A DNA stretch of 64,000 nt from Candidatus Woesebacteria bacterium (lineage in GTDB: Bacteria > Patescibacteriota > Microgenomatia > UBA8517): assembly GCA_963716475.1 (NCBI GenBank), contig OY970314.1, positions 138,479 to 202,478 on the forward strand, read 5' to 3'. Made by a program: the position numbers and the translations under genes. Every line of letters starts with the position of its first letter. Within the stretch, counting starts at the first letter, position 1. This document shows, in pieces, positions 25,460 through 34,350 of this stretch. The notes below the pieces were generated by a model that was not told where the DNA came from, searched no databases, and saw nothing but the letters and a program-made list of their open reading frames with translations.

Positions 25460-25531
25460 GCCGGCGTAACTCAGCGGTAGAGTAGCTGTTTTGTAAACAG
25501 CAAGTCAGAGGTTCGAATCCTCTCGTCGGCT
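25460..25531 (+). tRNA. tRNA-Thr (anticodon TGT)
   Basis: Acceptor GCCGGCG/CGTCGGC (one G-U), anticodon loop TTTGTAA, T-arm AGAGG-TTCGAAT-CCTCT. Confidence 0.8.
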
Positions 25532-25549
25532 CACAAATTTATTTGATAG

Positions 25550-25634
25550 GCTGAGGTGGCGGAGCGGTCAAACGCACGAGACTGTAAATCTCGCGTCCGA
25601 AAGGGCTACTCAGGTTCGAATCCTGACCTCAGCA
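25550..25634 (+). tRNA. tRNA-Tyr (anticodon GTA) with a long variable arm
   Basis: Acceptor GCTGAGG/CCTCAGC, anticodon loop CTGTAAA, T-arm TCAGG-TTCGAAT-CCTGA, 85 nt. Confidence 0.8.
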
Positions 25635-25862
25635 CTCATGTGACACATGCTTCGTTTAGTTTTGTCCACAAAAAAGACCCTGTTTTCAAAAGCTCGGTGG
25701 CATTCCTGGAATATCCAGGTGGGTGAGCTGCCTCCCTCGGCACAAAGGCCTTGGTCGGACTTCGCCCTCCCAAGTTAAATTTACTTGATCAGGAAATTAA
25801 AACCGATGCTTCCTTTAACAGGGTCAATATCATTGTAGCATGAAAGTCAATCCGTGAAAGTA

Positions 25863-26513
25863 TTAGATCGTAGAAAATCCCGGGATAAGAATCCGCAAAA
25901 AGAAATTGATGACAGGACTCAAAATCGGTGAGATTAGAGACGTACCGCTAAAAATGGGAAAAATCAAAAGAACAAGTAGAATAAAGCCAAATCTGTTCAG
26001 GAAGGCATCAAGCTCACGAGCCTCCTTTTCCGGTAAAAAACCGACTAATATCTTTCCTCCATCCAGAGGATGAATTGGAATCAGGTTAAAAACTGCAAGG
26101 ATGAGATTGAACTCGATTAGATAGAAGAAGAGGGTGAAAAATGTTGCCGTAGGAAATATTACTAAAAGAACCCTGAGAAATATAGACAGCGTTATAGCGA
26201 AGATTAAGTTTGCCGTTGGCCCTGCTAAGGAAATTAAGGCAGCATCTTTTTTGGGATTTTTAAGGTTATATGGGTCGATTGGGACCGGTTTTGCCCAGCC
26301 AAAAAGAAAAGGGGAATGAAAAAGGAAGAGAAGGAGAGGTACAAGTATCGTTCCGTAGATATCTATGTGGGGGATGGGGTTAAGGGTAAGTCTGCCCATG
26401 AGGCGTGCGGTTGGATCTCCAAGCCTATCTGCCGCCCAACCATGGGCCACTTCATGAACAATTATGGCCATTGCAAAGCCAATTATGCCAATAACGATAA
26501 ATAGAATATCCAT
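25863..26513 (-). CDS. Peptidase M50 (site-2-protease family) small membrane metalloprotease
   Basis: HEVAHG zinc motif inside a TM helix. Polytopic. Confidence 0.75.
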   Translation of the reverse strand: MDILFIVIGIIGFAMAIIVHEVAHGWAADRLGDPTARLMGRLTLNPIPHIDIYGTILVPLLLFLFHSPFLFGWAKPVPIDPYNLKNPKKDAALISLAGPTANLIFAITLSIFLRVLLVIFPTATFFTLFFYLIEFNLILAVFNLIPIHPLDGGKILVGFLPEKEARELDAFLNRFGFILLVLLIFPIFSGTSLISPILSPVINFFLRILIPGFSTI

Positions 26514-26549
26514 TGAGATTTGAGCTAATTATATAGTATAATCGTCCCC

Positions 26550-26813
26550 ATGGCATACATTTGTGACAACTGTGGAAAGGCAATAGTTTATGGTAGACAG
26601 AGCACTCACGGCCGTGGTGTTGCTGGGAAAAGGTGGAAGAAAAGAGCCCCAAAAACCCTGAAGATTTTTAAACCCAATCTTCAGAAAATTGCCGTTATGG
26701 TGAACGGTAAAAGGACTCAAATGAAGCTCTGTACGAGTTGCGTCTCGAGATTCAGAAAAGAAGGAAAGATCAAGAAAATTCAGCCCTCGGTAACGAAAGT
26801 TGCATCCTTGTAG
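26550..26813 (+). CDS. rpmB: 50S ribosomal protein L28
   Basis: MAYICDNCGKAIVYGRQSTHGRG matches the bL28 N-terminus. Confidence 0.75.
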   Translation: MAYICDNCGKAIVYGRQSTHGRGVAGKRWKKRAPKTLKIFKPNLQKIAVMVNGKRTQMKLCTSCVSRFRKEGKIKKIQPSVTKVASL

Positions 26814-27682
26814 CCCTCTTTAAATTGTTTCCAGGAAACTTTTTCTTTTCCTTCAAGTTGAACTTCATCCAAAATCAATTTTTCGCCTTCGAGATGCGCT
26901 TTATGGATTTTAATTCTTCGTACCGTCGGATCGGTTGGAGATAAACGGACCATGGTCCAGGCTACAGGCCAAGGGAGCATCGCTCTTATAAACCGTTCCA
27001 CTTCTTCGGGGGTGGCTTTATTTAAATCGATACGACCATTTTCTCTAGTCATAATTTTTGTGAATGTCGCGTCTGATTCGTCCTGAACTTTCGGCGTAAT
27101 TTTACTTTGCATATAGGGTTTTATTAGTTCAGCCAGAACTTCGGCTGAGCGTTTAAAGAGCCGCGCTCGAAGTGTCTCGGTTGTATCTGTCGATAAGACA
27201 TCTTCTTTAAATTGGGAAACAATCGGCCCGTGGTCAACTTTTTCATCCATTTTGAAAATAGTTACTCCTGTTACAGTTTCTCCGGACTTTATTGTCTCGG
27301 GTATCGGAGAAGCACCCCGATACTTGGGTAAAAGCGATGGGTGAATTACAAGGATTCCATGCGGGAAAAGGTCGATAACGTCTTTCTTTATTATCTCCCC
27401 GTAGGAAGCCAAAACTCCCACGTCAGCAGTAATTGAATCGATAACCAATTCATGGGCGGAGTAATGAATCGGAATTTTGTGTTCATGGGCCCATTTATCT
27501 ATCGGAGAAAAGGTAATTACTTGTTTTCTGCCGACAGGCTTCGGGGATTGGGTGACGACAGCAACAATTGGAGATTTTCCCGGCCCCGTCACAAATTTTT
27601 TGTGGAGGCAGGTCAAAATCGGCAAAACGTAATCCGGAGTTCCAAAAAAAACAATTTTCAGATAAGATCGACCTCCTCCCAC
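26780..27682 (-). CDS. fmt: Methionyl-tRNA formyltransferase
   Basis: KIVFFGTPDY N-terminus and HPSLLPKYRGASPI motif. Downstream of def. Confidence 0.85.
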   Translation of the reverse strand: MGGGRSYLKIVFFGTPDYVLPILTCLHKKFVTGPGKSPIVAVVTQSPKPVGRKQVITFSPIDKWAHEHKIPIHYSAHELVIDSITADVGVLASYGEIIKKDVIDLFPHGILVIHPSLLPKYRGASPIPETIKSGETVTGVTIFKMDEKVDHGPIVSQFKEDVLSTDTTETLRARLFKRSAEVLAELIKPYMQSKITPKVQDESDATFTKIMTRENGRIDLNKATPEEVERFIRAMLPWPVAWTMVRLSPTDPTVRRIKIHKAHLEGEKLILDEVQLEGKEKVSWKQFKEGYKDATFVTEG

Positions 27683-28200
27683 TCATCGCCGTCAACTTTA
27701 TACAAAGGCTTTTTCTCCTTTAGAAGATGGTCTACAAAAAGAATTCCTTCGAGGTGGTCAATTTCATGCAAAATTATTTGGGCGTTGAATCCTTCGAAAG
27801 TTTCTGTGACACTTTCCCCCTTTTCGTTTAAATATTTAACGGTAATTTTACCCGCCCGCTTAAGGGGTCCGTAATAATAGGGAAGAGAGAGACAACCTTC
27901 GAGTATTTCGCGTTTAGGTTTTCCCTTTTTGCCGGATTTCAGACTTTTGGCCTTCGACTCAATTTTAATAACTTCGGGGTTAACAACTACCCTTTCAAAT
28001 CCTTTGTAATTTGCAACAAAAACTCTCAGGGTTTTGCCGATTTGAGGAGCGGCGAGACCGACGCCTTCGGGTTCTTTTTGAACACTCAAAGTATCTTTCA
28101 GGTCCTGAATTAATCTTTGAGTCTTTTTGTCAAAATGGACAACAGCCTTGGACTTCTGACGTAAAACCGGATCGCTTGAAAGCAGTATTTTTCGGATCAT
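27658..28200 (-). CDS. def: Peptide deformylase
   Basis: GVGLAAPQIG, EGCLS and HEIDHLEG motifs. Confidence 0.9.
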   Translation of the reverse strand: MIRKILLSSDPVLRQKSKAVVHFDKKTQRLIQDLKDTLSVQKEPEGVGLAAPQIGKTLRVFVANYKGFERVVVNPEVIKIESKAKSLKSGKKGKPKREILEGCLSLPYYYGPLKRAGKITVKYLNEKGESVTETFEGFNAQIILHEIDHLEGILFVDHLLKEKKPLYKVDGDEWEEVDLI

Positions 28201-28245
28201 GCCTGAATTATATCAAAAATATGTAGCCAATTGGGAATTGCCGGA

Positions 28246-30333
28246 TTACTTGATACTTTCGAGTGCTTGTTTAGAAAGAGAATCGGTGGGGTCAATGTTA
28301 GTCAGAATATACTCCAGCTGGGCCCTGGCCTCAGCGTTTTGCTTTTTATCAATGAGGAGATATGCGTAAGCAAGCCGGGCGTCTTTATAATCGGCCTTGA
28401 GCTCGACCGTCTTTTTAAGAGTTTCCAACGCCTGATCAGCTTGCCCGGTACGGGCGTAAACCAAGCCCAAATTATAATAAAGTTTGGCGTCCGTGGGAGC
28501 CTGAGTAATGGCGACTTCCAGAGTCTTTCCTGCGTCGATTAAATAATTTGGATTAATTGCCGAAAGCATAATAAATATTCCAAACTCCACTCTTTTTAGA
28601 TTTATATCTGCCGGGGAAATGGCTACAGCTTTATCTATTTCAGAGATGGCCAAATTGGACAATTGTGTAGTTTGATCCGTTTGCTTTTGCTGATTAAAAG
28701 CTATGGCGAGATTGGTGTAGGAATATGCAAGTCCCCGTTCAGCGCCATGATAAATGGCTTGATTCGGTTCAAGACTGATCGCGTGGGTTAAGTACCCTAC
28801 CGCAACATCAGGTTTGCCGATAGAATTATAGCCTATGCCTAATGCGTAAAGATGGTCGGCGTACCAGTAGCGACAAATAAGAATCAAAAGGTATGAGGTA
28901 AAAAGTAAAACTGCTCCAACGGCGGTCTTTCGTATGTTTGATACTGAGGGATTCCCATTTTGTGTTTTTTCCTCCTCACTTCCAAGCAGGGTAATTGCGA
29001 GTGCCGGAAATAAAAATAATTCAAGTTGTGTCGGCACCACGGAAAAACCGAAGAAATTGGTGACCAAAAGCGAGACGTAACCTGCAGCCAGTGCGATTTT
29101 TAAATTGTGAATTTTTGATTGCTCTAATGAATCCGGATAATTTTTTGAATTTGGGATTTTGAATTTTTGAAGAAAAACAAACAGTGAGAAACCAATTAGG
29201 ACCAAGTAAGCTAAAAGTCCGACAGTACCGCTATTTGCCGCGAAATTAAGGTATTCATTATGAGCCTTGTTGTAAATGAAATTCCACTCGGAGGTTAGGT
29301 TATGTTCGGCGGGGCGGTATAAGTAGTATGAATATGCAAATGTTTCCACTCCAGTGCCAAAGATCGGATAATGAAGCCAGACTTGTATTGCTCCTTTCCA
29401 GACAATTCTTCTAATGCTACTTGATTCTGTCCCGCCCGTTTCCAATGATGTAGACCCGGCTTGTACTATCGGCTGTGTTTGACCTCCTGCCGGCTTTCTG
29501 ATTAAATTGCCAATACTCGGAGTCCACTGCGTGCCACTAATAAGACAAACCACAGTTATACAAACACCGATGAATATAAAGGCAGGAATTATTTTTTTGA
29601 TTTCATTGCGTTTTTGCCAGACTGTAAATCCCCAGAAAATTAAGTATGCTACTGCAAAGCCCAAATATCCGGAACGTGATTTTGTGAATATCATTGTCCA
29701 GAAGAAAAGAACAAACAAAGAAAGATAAAGCCAAAGTTTATAATTATTGAGCCTGAACTTTGTGTCTAATAATAAATTCCAAGTAATCGGCATTAATGCA
29801 ATCAGCCAGGATGCCAACCAGTTTGGCTGCCCGAGTGTGGAAAAAACTCTGGACTGCACATCCTGAACCCAGATATTTTTGTCAATGCCAAAATGTTCCA
29901 TGACCCCGTAAATTGAAACAATGGCGGCGGAGACGAGAGTTACGTAAATTAATTTGATGGTTCTTTTGACATCGAAATAACTTACGAATACCCAGTAGAG
30001 TAGGCAGTAGGAAATAACAGACATCATTCCACCATTGAACCTTGAATAGTATCCCAACCACGATGTCCGGGGGTCAATTGAAAGAACGGTAGAAGCAAGT
30101 TGCGTTCCCAAAAAAACCAATAGAGGAATATCCAATATTGTGCGACGAAAGATAAACTTTCTTTGAACAATCATGTCGACGATCCATGCACACGCAATTA
30201 AGGTTGTCAAAATGTAAACCAAAACCATTTTGTTAAATTCAAAAACTTCTGAAGTGAAAGGCCATAAAACCAGCGGAACCAGGAAAAGTAGAATTCCAAA
30301 AAGCCAAAATATAATTTTTCCCAACGTCTTCAC
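28246..30333 (-). CDS. O-antigen ligase/polymerase-like polytopic membrane protein with a C-terminal TPR repeat domain
   Basis: About 12 TM helices in the N-terminal 450 aa (Wzy_C-like), then TPR-like repeats (LGLVYARTGQADQALETL...). Confidence 0.65.
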   Translation of the reverse strand: MKTLGKIIFWLFGILLFLVPLVLWPFTSEVFEFNKMVLVYILTTLIACAWIVDMIVQRKFIFRRTILDIPLLVFLGTQLASTVLSIDPRTSWLGYYSRFNGGMMSVISYCLLYWVFVSYFDVKRTIKLIYVTLVSAAIVSIYGVMEHFGIDKNIWVQDVQSRVFSTLGQPNWLASWLIALMPITWNLLLDTKFRLNNYKLWLYLSLFVLFFWTMIFTKSRSGYLGFAVAYLIFWGFTVWQKRNEIKKIIPAFIFIGVCITVVCLISGTQWTPSIGNLIRKPAGGQTQPIVQAGSTSLETGGTESSSIRRIVWKGAIQVWLHYPIFGTGVETFAYSYYLYRPAEHNLTSEWNFIYNKAHNEYLNFAANSGTVGLLAYLVLIGFSLFVFLQKFKIPNSKNYPDSLEQSKIHNLKIALAAGYVSLLVTNFFGFSVVPTQLELFLFPALAITLLGSEEEKTQNGNPSVSNIRKTAVGAVLLFTSYLLILICRYWYADHLYALGIGYNSIGKPDVAVGYLTHAISLEPNQAIYHGAERGLAYSYTNLAIAFNQQKQTDQTTQLSNLAISEIDKAVAISPADINLKRVEFGIFIMLSAINPNYLIDAGKTLEVAITQAPTDAKLYYNLGLVYARTGQADQALETLKKTVELKADYKDARLAYAYLLIDKKQNAEARAQLEYILTNIDPTDSLSKQALESIK

Positions 30334-30421
30334 AACTTAAGATTGTAGCACAAAGGTTTTCGTTAAAAACCCTTTGCAAGTTTTCTCTAAATAGGTATAC
30401 TCCTGATGCGACACAATTTAC

Positions 30422-31495
30422 ATGAAATTCATAAATCCCATAGACAGATTCCTGGGACTTTTCTCCCACGATGTTGGAATTGATTTGGGTACAGCCAACA
30501 CTCTCGTTTATGTCAGAGGCAAGGGAATCGTTATCCGCGAACCTTCGGCGGTGGCAAGACACAAAAAATCAAAAGAAATTTTAGCGATAGGCGCCTCTGC
30601 AAAGAAAATGACAGGCAGGGCTCCTGCGACAATCGAAGTAATCCGCCCCTTGCGGGACGGGGTTATTGCAGACTTTGATGCAACGGCAGCGATGCTTACT
30701 TATTATATTAAGAAAGTTCACGAATCAGGAAGTTCGATGCCGAAAATTCCAAGACCGCGGGTTGTTATAGGAATTCCTTCGGGTGTAACCGAAGTTGAAA
30801 GGAGGGCCGTGGCAGATGCAGCGTTAGACGCGGGCGCCCGTGAGGCAAATTTAATAGAAGAACCCATGGCTGCGGCTATTGGAGCGCACCTTCCGATTGA
30901 GGGACCTGAAGGGATATTTGTAGTTGATATCGGAGGCGGGACGAGCGAAATTGCCGTGATCTCTCTTGGCGGAATAGTACTTGGTAGAAGTGTCCGCATT
31001 GCCGGTGACGAAATGGATGAGGCAATAATTAATTACGTCAGACTTAAGTACTCGCTCCTTCTGGGCCAACCCACAGCTGAGGTGGTCAAGATTGGAATTG
31101 GTTCAGCGGGTTCTCCAAAAGAAAGTTCCGATAAAGCTGAAAAATTTGCCGTTGTCCGCGGCCGCGATCTTGAGGTAGGACTTCCAAAATCGATAAGACT
31201 CACAAGCGGTGAAATCCAGGAGGCTTTAAGCCCCATTATTCAGGAGATTGTCGGGAATATTGTCGATACGCTTGAGGAAATTCCGCCCGAGCTGACCGGC
31301 GATATTATGGAGAGGGGAATTACTCTTGCAGGCGGAGGGTCCCAAATTTCTGGAATTGATAAAGTAATTTCCGAAGCTACAAAAATGCCGGTTTGGATTG
31401 CAGAGGATCCCTTGACCTGTGTGGTCCGGGGTTGTGGAATTTGCCTGGAAGATAACGGACTTCTTAAAAGAATGAGGGTAACAAAAGGCCTGTAA
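30422..31495 (+). CDS. mreB: Rod shape-determining actin homolog MreB
   Basis: GIDLGTANTLVYV phosphate-1 motif. Actin fold throughout. Confidence 0.9.
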   Translation: MKFINPIDRFLGLFSHDVGIDLGTANTLVYVRGKGIVIREPSAVARHKKSKEILAIGASAKKMTGRAPATIEVIRPLRDGVIADFDATAAMLTYYIKKVHESGSSMPKIPRPRVVIGIPSGVTEVERRAVADAALDAGAREANLIEEPMAAAIGAHLPIEGPEGIFVVDIGGGTSEIAVISLGGIVLGRSVRIAGDEMDEAIINYVRLKYSLLLGQPTAEVVKIGIGSAGSPKESSDKAEKFAVVRGRDLEVGLPKSIRLTSGEIQEALSPIIQEIVGNIVDTLEEIPPELTGDIMERGITLAGGGSQISGIDKVISEATKMPVWIAEDPLTCVVRGCGICLEDNGLLKRMRVTKGL

Positions 31496-31537
31496 TTTCC
31501 AAAATTTGGATTTTCAGTGTAAATTGGTAGTTAAATT

Positions 31538-33172
31538 ATGAATTCTCTCTCAGCAATCAAATCCCAATCGTGGCTTTCCTGGTTTTTAAGAGGAATTCTG
31601 ATTCTTTTGTTTTTGGTTCTTTTTGCAAAGCTTTTTGAAGTCCAGATTATTAAAGGCAAATATTATCAGGATTTGTCACAAGGCAATAGGATCCGCCACG
31701 TCGCCGTTCCCGCCCCCCGCGGAAGAATTTTGGCTCGTGGTGGAGAAGAATTGGCAACAAATGTTGAGATTAAAAAAAGAGTTAAATTTGCTTCCGACGG
31801 AAGTTTTACTGTAACGGATGATTTGACTGACGCAAAGCCGGAAGAATTTATTACCGATTACAAAAGAGTTTATCCTATGGGTGATAAATTTTCTCATGCG
31901 CTAGGATATCTTGCTCAAGTTGGTCCAGAGGAGGTGGGTAAAATTAATCCGGGGTGCCCTGAAAAAGGCCCAATGTCTCCCGATGAATTAATCGGTAAAA
32001 CAGGTTTGGAACAAGCGTATGAATGTAGTTTACTGGGAACGCCGGGTGAGGAGCTTATTGAGGTTAGCGCGACAGGTGCTGAGGTCAGAGTTTTGGGAAG
32101 ACGTGAACCTGTCCCTGGGCGTGATCTAAAAACAACAGTTGATTATGGACTTCAAACGGTGGTTGCTTCGGCAATGAACGGAAAGAAGGGGGCGGCGATT
32201 GTAACAGACGTAACGGGACAAGTTTTGGCTTTTTATTCTTACCCGACTTTTGATCCAAACCTGTTTATTAATAAGAATAATAGCCGGGAGATCGGAAACT
32301 TACTTAAAGATCCGGGTCTACCCTTTTTCGACAGGGTTATAAGCGGTACATATCACCCGGGATCGGTTTTTAAGCCAATAGTTGCTCTTTCGGCGCTGGA
32401 GGAGGGTGAAATTGACAAAAATTTCCGTTACAACGATACGGGCATGATAACGGTGAATGGTTATTCCTATACCAACTGGTACTTTACGGAGTATGGAAGA
32501 ACGGAAGGGTCTATTGGTTTGGTAAAAGCAATAGCCCGTTCTACGGATACATTCTTTTATACAATAGGGCAAATGGTAGGGCCGGAAGAGATTGCAAAAT
32601 GGGCAAAGACTTTTGGCTTAGATAGCCCAACAGGGATTGACATTCCGGGAGAAGCTGCGGGTCTTATACCGACTCCCGAATGGAAAAAAGAAGTTACGGG
32701 GCAGTCGTGGTTTCTGGGAAATACTTATCATATGGCAATTGGCCAGGGGGATGTTTCAGTTACCCCTATTGAATTAAATAATTACATTTCGGGAATTGCT
32801 ACCGGCGGAAAAATTTGTGAACCCAGATTCAATATGGAGAGCGCTCCGAATTGCAGAGCCGTAAATGTCTCCGAAAGTAATTTCAGCTTGATACACGACG
32901 GAATGGGAGCGGCATGTTCGGAGGGGGGTACCGCCTTCACTTTTTTTGATTTCTCGCAAAAACACAATGGGACAACCGTTGACTGTAAGACAGGAACGGC
33001 AGAGGTTGGCACAGACGGAACACCCCATGCTTGGTTTACCTTTTTTGCACCGGCGGTTAGTCCCCAAATAGTATCCACGGTTATTATAGAAAGAGGCGGT
33101 GAGGGCTCGAGTGTTGCCGGTCCTATTGCTAGAAAGATTGCCGATTATTATTTTGCTTCTCAAAGTAATTGA
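31538..33172 (+). CDS. mrdA: Penicillin-binding protein 2-type peptidoglycan D,D-transpeptidase
   Basis: N-terminal TM, dimerisation domain, and a transpeptidase domain with SVFK (SxxK). Adjacent to mreB. Confidence 0.75.
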   Translation: MNSLSAIKSQSWLSWFLRGILILLFLVLFAKLFEVQIIKGKYYQDLSQGNRIRHVAVPAPRGRILARGGEELATNVEIKKRVKFASDGSFTVTDDLTDAKPEEFITDYKRVYPMGDKFSHALGYLAQVGPEEVGKINPGCPEKGPMSPDELIGKTGLEQAYECSLLGTPGEELIEVSATGAEVRVLGRREPVPGRDLKTTVDYGLQTVVASAMNGKKGAAIVTDVTGQVLAFYSYPTFDPNLFINKNNSREIGNLLKDPGLPFFDRVISGTYHPGSVFKPIVALSALEEGEIDKNFRYNDTGMITVNGYSYTNWYFTEYGRTEGSIGLVKAIARSTDTFFYTIGQMVGPEEIAKWAKTFGLDSPTGIDIPGEAAGLIPTPEWKKEVTGQSWFLGNTYHMAIGQGDVSVTPIELNNYISGIATGGKICEPRFNMESAPNCRAVNVSESNFSLIHDGMGAACSEGGTAFTFFDFSQKHNGTTVDCKTGTAEVGTDGTPHAWFTFFAPAVSPQIVSTVIIERGGEGSSVAGPIARKIADYYFASQSN

Positions 33173-33222
33173 CAACCAAACTTCATATGCAGAGTTTCTG
33201 AATATTAGTTATAGTTATTATT

Positions 33223-34305
33223 GTGACCGAGGATTGGTATCTGACTGCTATTTATGCTTTTAATTATTTTGGCCCTGCGAGGGTGAAGCTTCTCCTGTCG
33301 TATTTTGGCAAGGCCAAGGATGTTTGGAAAAGCCCGAATGAAAAATTAATAGAAATTGGATTATCGAATGAAAAAGTTACCGCGTTCGATAATTTCAGGA
33401 AGTGCTTTGACATCGAAAAATATTTTAACCGTTTGGATTCTTTAAAGATCAGGGTTGTGACAATTTTGGATAAGAACTATCCGCAGAATTTAAAAGGATT
33501 AGACGGAGCGCCGTCAGCTTTGTATTACAAAGGCTCTCTCACATGTTTGGAAACCAATTCGGTTGCCGTCGTAGGCAGTCGGCAAATGACTTCTTACGGA
33601 AAAGAAGTCACGGAAAAGTTTTCAGGAGAATTGTCTGATTTTGGAATTACGATAATTTCCGGGCTGGCACGTGGCGTGGATACTTGTGCTCACCGTGCCT
33701 GTCTTGCTGCGGGCGGGAAAACTGTTGCAGTTTTGGGAAACGGGTTGGACAGTATTTACCCTCCGGAGAACTTAAAGTTGTCCCAAGAAATTATAAATAC
33801 AAAAGGTGCGCTTATTAGCGAGTACCCTTTGGGGCATCCGGCTCTTCCAACCAATTTCGCGGCGAGAAACAGAATTATCTCAGGCCTTGCTTCGGCCGTT
33901 ATCGTGATCGAAGGAGCCGAGAAAAGTGGTACTCTTCTGACTGCGGCCCACGCAGCCGAACAGGGAAAGACTGTGTTTGCGGTTCCGGGGCAAATTACCT
34001 CACCTCTTTCCAAAGCACCTTTATTTTTACTTAAGAACGGAGCCAAAATGGCAACCGAAACCAAAGACATTCTGGATGAGCTCGATTTGCAAATAAAGGT
34101 GGACAGGCAACTATTCGAAAAAATTGTTCCGGGTAGTCCTGAAGAGGAATTATTACTGGAAATTTTGAAAAATGAACCCTTGCATCTTGACGAGCTTGTT
34201 AGAATATCAAGGTGCAAAACCGCTGAAATTTCTGCTAGACTGACAATCATGGAAATGAAAGGCATGGTAAGAAATTTGGGTAAGGGAATGTATAAGAAAT
34301 TATGA
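33223..34305 (+). CDS. dprA: DNA processing protein DprA/Smf
   Basis: GLARGVDTCAHRACL Rossmann-like DprA motif and a C-terminal winged helix. Confidence 0.8.
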   Translation: MTEDWYLTAIYAFNYFGPARVKLLLSYFGKAKDVWKSPNEKLIEIGLSNEKVTAFDNFRKCFDIEKYFNRLDSLKIRVVTILDKNYPQNLKGLDGAPSALYYKGSLTCLETNSVAVVGSRQMTSYGKEVTEKFSGELSDFGITIISGLARGVDTCAHRACLAAGGKTVAVLGNGLDSIYPPENLKLSQEIINTKGALISEYPLGHPALPTNFAARNRIISGLASAVIVIEGAEKSGTLLTAAHAAEQGKTVFAVPGQITSPLSKAPLFLLKNGAKMATETKDILDELDLQIKVDRQLFEKIVPGSPEEELLLEILKNEPLHLDELVRISRCKTAEISARLTIMEMKGMVRNLGKGMYKKL

Positions 34306-34350
34306 ATTTCTAGGCACTTGTTCTAATGAACAATTGTAGAAAAATATAAT

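Noticed and set aside
25635-25862. Possible SRP (4.5S) RNA, RNase P RNA or tmRNA in the spacer after tRNA-Tyr
   Set aside because: I could not find the conserved domain-IV GGAA/GNRA plus AGCAG core of SRP RNA, the GGAAAGUCCGG P4 core of RNase P, or a tRNA-like 5' end of tmRNA on either strand. Kept only as an unexplained structured spacer.
33756-34265. 169-aa minus-strand ORF inside dprA
   Set aside because: Antisense to a well-supported DprA gene, with no motif.
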